From the NCBI GenBank assembly GCA_025055755.1, contig JANWWF010000005.1, positions 5,585 through 69,584 of the forward strand: a DNA stretch of 64,000 nt, read 5' to 3'. The position numbers were made by a program, and so were the translations under genes. This document shows, piece after piece, positions 58,157 through 64,000 of the stretch (position 1 is its first letter; each line of letters begins with the position of its first letter). The notes beneath the pieces were generated by a model, which saw nothing but the letters and a program-made list of their open reading frames with translations, was not told the origin of the DNA and did not search any database. This DNA comes from Candidatus Kapaibacterium sp. (GTDB lineage Bacteria > Bacteroidota > Ignavibacteria > Kapaibacteriales > NICIL-2).

Positions 58157-59533
58157 ATGAAACGACTGATGCCGCTTGGGTGGGTCCTCATTGTGGTAGT
58201 GGGATTAACCAGCTGTTCAACGCTTTCCCTACGACGTCTTGTCACCCGAACAGAGCGGGACGTGTACACCGTTACCCTGCTTGACACCACAACAGTTGTT
58301 GAATACACAAATGCACCTGGAGAACGCGGAGTACTCTATCCATCGAACCGCACCTACCGCACTGACCGCCATCTCAATCAATACGACTCTGTCGTTGAGC
58401 GGTATTATCCCAACTTCATCCGCGTCGGAGTATTTGAAAGCGTCGGGCTTATCGCTACTGGTCCAACCGACCGCGCTATTGCCGGGGGTATCTTTGGTAT
58501 TTACACTGATCCCGACGATGCATTCAGCACCGAAATACAGCCCAGAAGATCGCTATTCACTGGCGGCATTTACCGCTACGGTACTGTGGAATTTCCCTTG
58601 TACTGGTTTGATGAGCCGCCTACATGGTCAATAGGATTTACAACTGCAGAGATCTACCAATTCGAAGCCAGCAACGAGCGTGCAGTTGTTGGTGCATTCC
58701 CCATTTCGATTCGTAAGCGGCACTTTCTTCGAGATGAAATTCCATACCTCAGCATTACTGGTACAGCCACATTCGGTTTTTTCCCATCACAGTATTTACA
58801 TCTTGCAGGGTCATTCGATGCGGGGTCTTTAGGGGGGCTCAATCTCCGTACATACGGTGGTATCGTCATAGGACGCAGCATCGAGCAGAAAAGTATCGTG
58901 CAACCCTACCTGGGTATGGGCGTTTCCCTTCTGGATTTTCTCAATCACCCGCGAGAGCTACAGCGGCAGTGGGAAGAACACGAACACTCGTCATGGAATA
59001 TTGGCTTTGCTCGACTCATGCCATTTCTCCTTATGACCGGTACTGATACAGCCGCCACTAGCCCCAGTATTGGATTGCAGCTTCGCCTTATGCCTACAAC
59101 AATTGCATTCCCCGTTGGTGATCACCAGCTCTGTGTCGGTACCGAGCTTCTTAGTGCCGTGTTTGCATTTCGTCAACAACTTCAAAATGGTACAGGGTTT
59201 GGCTATGGGATTCTCCCTGTTCGTGTAGGCTATTGGATGCCGATTGGGGATGGATGGATAGCTATTGAACCTTACGGAATGTTCTCGTATTTCCCCCACA
59301 CTATGTGGCAGGTTGCTCTTCGTGCCAATTTCAATGCCTTGGAATGGCTCCCTCTTGGAGTGGAGCTGGGATATGTGTCCAGTAGTGGTTTTACTGTCCG
59401 GCGCGGCACAGTGGCAGACATTGTTGGGAATAACATCCTCGCATTCAACGTTGGTTATCTCGGTATTAGTATTGGCATAGCAGAAGAAATCTTCCGTCCG
59501 GCGCAGTTACGATACTATCGCAGACAACACTAA
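58157..59533 (+). CDS. Hypothetical lipoprotein with two tandem beta-barrel-like halves
   Basis: Lipobox LTSC; amphipathic beta-strands; internal similarity between halves; TATTTTTG box at 58115-58122. Confidence 0.6.
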   Translation: MKRLMPLGWVLIVVVGLTSCSTLSLRRLVTRTERDVYTVTLLDTTTVVEYTNAPGERGVLYPSNRTYRTDRHLNQYDSVVERYYPNFIRVGVFESVGLIATGPTDRAIAGGIFGIYTDPDDAFSTEIQPRRSLFTGGIYRYGTVEFPLYWFDEPPTWSIGFTTAEIYQFEASNERAVVGAFPISIRKRHFLRDEIPYLSITGTATFGFFPSQYLHLAGSFDAGSLGGLNLRTYGGIVIGRSIEQKSIVQPYLGMGVSLLDFLNHPRELQRQWEEHEHSSWNIGFARLMPFLLMTGTDTAATSPSIGLQLRLMPTTIAFPVGDHQLCVGTELLSAVFAFRQQLQNGTGFGYGILPVRVGYWMPIGDGWIAIEPYGMFSYFPHTMWQVALRANFNALEWLPLGVELGYVSSSGFTVRRGTVADIVGNNILAFNVGYLGISIGIAEEIFRPAQLRYYRRQH

Positions 59534-60130
59534 ATGGGCATGGTCTTGCTGGGCATCATAGCAATTATCTCGCCTTTTGTCGTTAGCACAATCGGAACGA
59601 ATGACCCATACCGTTTCTGGATTGGAGAATACAGCACACAACCTGTTTATGTCTGGAATCGAGGCACCCTTTCCTCAGTTCAGCGAGACGGAGAGCGCTC
59701 TCTTCGCCTGCATGTTCCAACCCGTGTCGCACTTGCAATCCCCGGTCAGACGAATTTCCGTCTTGCTATGTCTGTCCTCGGTAATGAAGTGCTCGAGGGA
59801 GTTCGCCTTTTTCTGCGAACAACGGAACATGACTACACAATTACGCAGCAGCGTGGCATCGAGCTTCGGCTTGACCGCAATGGTGTGCAAGTTATCGACG
59901 GGTCACGGGTGCTGATCAGTACGGACTCCCTGCGGTACAAACCAGGAACACCTATTCGCATTGCTTACGAGCACGATGGACAGCAATTTCGCATCGCAGT
60001 AGGCTGCACCGTATTTGGACCGTTTCGCACTACGCGTCCTGCAACCACGATGACCCTTGTGGAGCCTTTGGGAGCAGACGGTGCACTTCTTTTCCTGGAG
60101 AACATCGTGGCAGAAGCCGTGCACAATTAG
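59534..60130 (+). CDS. Hypothetical exported protein, possibly a ConA-like/DUF1080-type beta-sandwich
   Basis: N-terminal hydrophobic segment; all-beta pattern; ATG directly after upstream TAA. Confidence 0.5.
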   Translation: MGMVLLGIIAIISPFVVSTIGTNDPYRFWIGEYSTQPVYVWNRGTLSSVQRDGERSLRLHVPTRVALAIPGQTNFRLAMSVLGNEVLEGVRLFLRTTEHDYTITQQRGIELRLDRNGVQVIDGSRVLISTDSLRYKPGTPIRIAYEHDGQQFRIAVGCTVFGPFRTTRPATTMTLVEPLGADGALLFLENIVAEAVHN

Positions 60131-61341
60131 AGCTTCATCACCATTCCCAGGCGTCGGGAAAATTCACGTTCAAAGACTTCACGGTCGTCACTAACGATTC
60201 GAGTGGGCTTCTTACCGTTGCGGAGCTGAGTCAGTGCTGCATCAAGTGCAGCAGGAGAGACAGAAGGCAAAACAGCTACACTCTCCTGTGGAAGATCAGC
60301 TGCTATTGTCGTAGCATACTCCCCCGCGATGATAACAGGTTTTCCCGCGTAAACAGCACGGTGAACAACACTGGTCGGCGTGCTGCACCATGTCGTTGCA
60401 AGTGCAACTACTGCTCCCGATTGGGCAATTGCAGCATCAAGCTCTTCTGCACTGATTTTCTGCTTGATCTGGACGCGATCAGTGAGCTGCCACTGCCCGA
60501 TTGCTGAACGAATTGAGGGAGCAACATCTCCTATAACAACTGCACTAAGCCAGGAATGCATACGAAGAATTTTCAACAACGGACGGAGAATTGCTGCATG
60601 CAACTCCTCTGCAGCAACAACGATTGTGTACTGCTTGTGAGTACCCTCCTGCCAAGTGACGGGGACTTCTCCACAGAGCTGATGAGGAAGAATGCCAATG
60701 TCCTCATGACTCAAAAAATCGGTTCGGCGCAGAATCTGCTCTTTCTGGTGCCGACTGATCACAGTGGTGTAGGCTGCTCTCCGAAGAAGGAGGTCAATCA
60801 CCTGCTGGGGGGAACGACCGTTGTATGACGGTGCTCGATACGGGACAAGCTCCAGTAGCTCTCCAATGTCAACAGCCAGGGGAATATCGAGCCGACGAGC
60901 AATTGCATCTGCCGCTTGCGCACTACTCAACGGTGGAGCAATGCCAAGCACAATGTTTATCGGTTTACCAGAAAAAAACCGCTCTGCCCCTTCCAGGGCA
61001 TGGTCAATCCAATCAGCATAGAAATCCGGTGCAGAAAGGAATGGATAGCGTAACCAATGCCGAAGACGAATTGTTGAAAGCGAGCGTTGCCCGAGGGAAA
61101 ATAGGCGCTTTGAACTTGGTACGACACTGTATCGCTCAATGCCCTTTGCTTCCAATTGCTCAGCCCACCCTTCGTGTCGGGGATCATTGCGGCTCGGTGC
61201 TGCATGCAGGACATGCACTGTCCACCCTCGCTCAGCAAGTAACTGAGCAATGTATGCAGCACGCAGGCTCGCGACACTTCCATAAGGCGGGAAATGGTAC
61301 GTGACAATTAGTACAGAGCGCTCAAGATTTGTCTCATTCAT
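60127..61341 (-). CDS. GT-B (family 4-like) glycosyltransferase, divergent
   Basis: LIVTYHFPP.GSVASLR..YIAQLL.ERGW.VHV, IAPPLSS, C-terminal AGKPVI. Confidence 0.7.
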   Translation of the reverse strand: MNETNLERSVLIVTYHFPPYGSVASLRAAYIAQLLAERGWTVHVLHAAPSRNDPRHEGWAEQLEAKGIERYSVVPSSKRLFSLGQRSLSTIRLRHWLRYPFLSAPDFYADWIDHALEGAERFFSGKPINIVLGIAPPLSSAQAADAIARRLDIPLAVDIGELLELVPYRAPSYNGRSPQQVIDLLLRRAAYTTVISRHQKEQILRRTDFLSHEDIGILPHQLCGEVPVTWQEGTHKQYTIVVAAEELHAAILRPLLKILRMHSWLSAVVIGDVAPSIRSAIGQWQLTDRVQIKQKISAEELDAAIAQSGAVVALATTWCSTPTSVVHRAVYAGKPVIIAGEYATTIAADLPQESVAVLPSVSPAALDAALTQLRNGKKPTRIVSDDREVFEREFSRRLGMVMKL

Positions 61342-61471
61342 TCCGAACGTTGTCAAGGCAAATAATATGAAGCATGCAAACATGCAAATTACGTTCCTTT
61401 CACAGGCAGCGGTGCGCCCTCTTATACTCGTGTAATTTTGTGGCGGTTCCACCATCTTCTGACTGCACACT

Positions 61472-62623
61472 ATGAACGCACAACATGCAGCAGCTACATC
61501 TGCCCCAGAACTAAAAGACCTTGCACAGAGGGAAGAAGACTTCCTTCCAATTCTCGGGACTGACTACATCGAGTTCTATGTAGGCAATGCGCGGCAAGCA
61601 GCGTATTATTACCGCACTGCTTTTGGCTTTCGGCTTACTGCTTACGCTGGGTTAGAGACCGGTGTTCGCGATCGAGCCTCGTATGTGCTCCAACAAGGGA
61701 AAGTCCGTTTTGTGATGACAACTCCATATCATCCGAATAATCCAATTGCTGACCACATTTATACGCATGGCGACGGAGTGAAGGTTCTTGCTCTGTGGGT
61801 TGACGATGCTCGACGTGCTTGGGAAGAAACAACCAAGCGCGGGGCGGTCAGTGTGCAAGAGCCAACAGTGCTTCAGGACGACAACGGAGAGGTTGTCCTT
61901 GCGACAATCAAAACCTATGGCGACACTGTCCACACCTTCGTTGAACGCAAGAACTACCGGGGAGTTTTCATGCCGGGATATGTGCCGGTCAACTCCGACT
62001 ATAATCCACCCCCCATTGGCTTGAAGTATGTTGACCACTGTGTGGGAAATGTCGAGCTTGGGAAGATGAACGAATGGGTAAAGTTTTACGAGGATGTCCT
62101 TGGGTTTAAGCTGCTAATCACCTTCGATGACAAAGACATCTCGACGGAATATTCCGCGCTGATGAGCAAAGTTGTTTCTAATGGCACAGGATACGTCAAA
62201 TTCCCCATCAACGAACCAGCACAAGGGCGCCGGAAATCTCAAATCGAAGAATTCCTCGAGTACTATCATGGTCCGGGCGTGCAGCATATTGCTCTTGCGA
62301 CCGATGATATTGTTTTTACCGTCAGCGAACTGCGCCGACGAGGCGTAGAATTTCTCCGCGTACCTGCGACGTACTACGATGACCTTCTCGACCGCGTTGG
62401 GAAAATTGACGAGGACATTTCTGTGCTCCGCGAACTCAACATCTTGGTTGATAGGGACGACGAAGGGTATCTGCTACAAATCTTTACCAAACCCGTCCAG
62501 GATCGTCCCACGCTCTTTTTCGAGATCATCCAACGCAAAGGCGCACGATCCTTCGGAAAGGGCAATTTCAAAGCACTCTTCGAGGCAATCGAGCGCGAGC
62601 AAGCACTGCGTGGTAACCTCTGA
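61472..62623 (+). CDS. hppD: 4-hydroxyphenylpyruvate dioxygenase
   Basis: DHCVGNV, ALMSKV, KFPINEP, SQIEEFL, GVQHIAL, YLLQIFT, FFEIIQR, FGKGNFKALF. Confidence 0.97.
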   Translation: MNAQHAAATSAPELKDLAQREEDFLPILGTDYIEFYVGNARQAAYYYRTAFGFRLTAYAGLETGVRDRASYVLQQGKVRFVMTTPYHPNNPIADHIYTHGDGVKVLALWVDDARRAWEETTKRGAVSVQEPTVLQDDNGEVVLATIKTYGDTVHTFVERKNYRGVFMPGYVPVNSDYNPPPIGLKYVDHCVGNVELGKMNEWVKFYEDVLGFKLLITFDDKDISTEYSALMSKVVSNGTGYVKFPINEPAQGRRKSQIEEFLEYYHGPGVQHIALATDDIVFTVSELRRRGVEFLRVPATYYDDLLDRVGKIDEDISVLRELNILVDRDDEGYLLQIFTKPVQDRPTLFFEIIQRKGARSFGKGNFKALFEAIEREQALRGNL

Positions 62624-62658
62624 TAGCATTATAGCTCCTTCCATACCAGAAGCCAGTG

Positions 62659-62701
62659 CACCGATAGGCATGCTGGGCAAGGGCATGCCTATCGGTGTTT
62701 T
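62659..62701 (+). terminator. Intrinsic terminator after hppD
   Basis: Perfect 15-bp stem CACCGATAGGCATGC/GCATGCCTATCGGTG followed by TTTT. Confidence 0.75.
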
Positions 62702-62783
62702 GTGTATAACTATCGCCTATTTTTGCGCACCATGCTGCATGCCGCAGCGACAATCCATGTAGTTCCACACCATTGACAGTGCT

Positions 62784-64000
62784 ATGTCTTCTTCAACTCG
62801 AAAAGCTGCTCCCAAATCAGTGTCTGGCACAAACAGCCGCAAATCTCTTCCGCCCCCACCGACAAAAGAAACGATGGGGGCACGTTTCTACGAGTCGGTT
62901 AACAAGTACTTCGACCGGGCTGCTGCCTTTACCAAACATGACAAAGGCATTCTCGAGCAAATCCGCGCATGTAACATGATTCTAGAGGTCAAATTTCCAG
63001 CGCGGATTGGAGGAGAAATAAAAGTCATCACCGCATGGCGGGCAGAACACTCGCACCATAAGCTTCCTTGCAAAGGAGGCATCCGCTACAGTGAAGATGC
63101 CGATGTTTACGAGGTTATGGCACTTGCGGCATTGATGACATACAAATGCGCTGTCGTTAATGTTCCGTTCGGTGGCGGGAAAGGAGCAATCAAGGTTGAT
63201 CCGCGCAAACTAACCGTCGAAGAATTAGAGCGCATAACGCGCCGTTATACGGTGGAGCTTATCCACAAGAACTGCATTGGTGCGTCCATCGATGTTCCAG
63301 CTCCCGACTATGGCTCTGGTCAGCGTGAAATGGCATGGATTGCGGACACGTACATGTCGTACCGTCCCGATGACATCAACGCCTTAGGATGTGTTACCGG
63401 CAAGCCTGTGGGGCAAGGTGGCGTGCGAGGAAGAACAGAAGCAACAGGCCGTGGATTGTATTTCGGTGTCCGAGAGGCACTCAGTGATCCAGAGCTCACC
63501 AAGCGTTTGCGCATTACTCCTGGCTTAGCAGACAAAACAGTCATTGTCCAAGGTTTTGGCAACGTTGGCTATCATGCTGCCCTCTTTCTCCAGGAGGGAG
63601 GCGCCACGATTACTGGCGTGATTGAGTGGGATGGAGCGGTATGGAATCCCAAAGGAATTGACGTCCGGGAGTTGGCTGCCTACCGAAGCGAAACAGGGTC
63701 TATTACCGGTTTCCCCAAAGCGAAAACAATAAAAAACGGCAGCAGCGTTTTGGAATATCCCTGCGATATTCTCGTTCCGGCAGCTCTGGAGTCACAAATT
63801 CACATTGGCAATGCCGAACGCATCCAAGCAAAAATTATCGCCGAAGGTGCCAATGGTCCGGTGACCTCGAATGCGGAGGAAATTCTGCTCAAAAAAGGGG
63901 TGTTTCTGATTCCCGACATGTACCTCAATGCCGGGGGGGTCATCGTCAGTTACTTCGAGTGGTTGAAAAATCTTTCCCACGTCCGCTTTGGCTTGATGGA
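62784..64000 (+). CDS. gdhA: Glu/Leu/Phe/Val dehydrogenase (glutamate dehydrogenase), 3' truncated; not in the ORF track
   Basis: Open frame from ATG 62784: HSHHKLPCKGGIRYS, VPFGGGKG, DVPAPD, VTGKP, EATGRG, QGFGNVG, IAEGANGP, NAGGV.VSYFEWLKN. Confidence 0.95.
   Translation, partial: MSSSTRKAAPKSVSGTNSRKSLPPPPTKETMGARFYESVNKYFDRAAAFTKHDKGILEQIRACNMILEVKFPARIGGEIKVITAWRAEHSHHKLPCKGGIRYSEDADVYEVMALAALMTYKCAVVNVPFGGGKGAIKVDPRKLTVEELERITRRYTVELIHKNCIGASIDVPAPDYGSGQREMAWIADTYMSYRPDDINALGCVTGKPVGQGGVRGRTEATGRGLYFGVREALSDPELTKRLRITPGLADKTVIVQGFGNVGYHAALFLQEGGATITGVIEWDGAVWNPKGIDVRELAAYRSETGSITGFPKAKTIKNGSSVLEYPCDILVPAALESQIHIGNAERIQAKIIAEGANGPVTSNAEEILLKKGVFLIPDMYLNAGGVIVSYFEWLKNLSHVRFGLM

Overview
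A gene-dense bacterial chromosome segment made mostly of housekeeping genes, roughly mid-50s % GC by eye. It very probably comes from the FCB superphylum, most like a flagellated Kapabacteria/Ignavibacteria-type heterotroph (inference). Support for that: recurring TAnnTTTG -7 promoter boxes, a T9SS-type C-terminal sorting domain, few Shine-Dalgarno sites, and a flagellin. Core content: leuS (partial), efp-accB-accC, tRNA-Cys, a Yej/Opp-type peptide ABC operon, ribD, rqcH, tRNA-Gln-prs-rplY, cysS, rnr, sucD-ndk-NUDIX, pckA, fni-idsA, hutU, yjbQ-comF-pepP, purF, a DEDDh/GIY-YIG nuclease, cutA, cyclase-maf-tauE, fliC, an MFS transporter, hppD and gdh (partial; absent from the ORF track). I found no CRISPR array, transposase, integrase or prophage gene. 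Best candidates for undescribed biology: (1) an AT-richer secreted cassette at 33052-36805 (4-Cys microprotein, redox-dead thioredoxin/propeller protein, T9SS propeller) preceded by a 117-nt rod-like hairpin; (2) a LiaF-like/ECF sigma/anti-sigma module whose anti-sigma appears to span the envelope and end in an outer-membrane beta-barrel; (3) a stand-alone flagellin with a sigma28 promoter and two CsrA-type sites; (4) an EF-P with Asn in place of the modified Lys/Arg; (5) basic low-complexity tails on SucD and GDH. All family assignments come from motif recognition by eye; no database search was run. Several start codons were adjusted from the ORF track.
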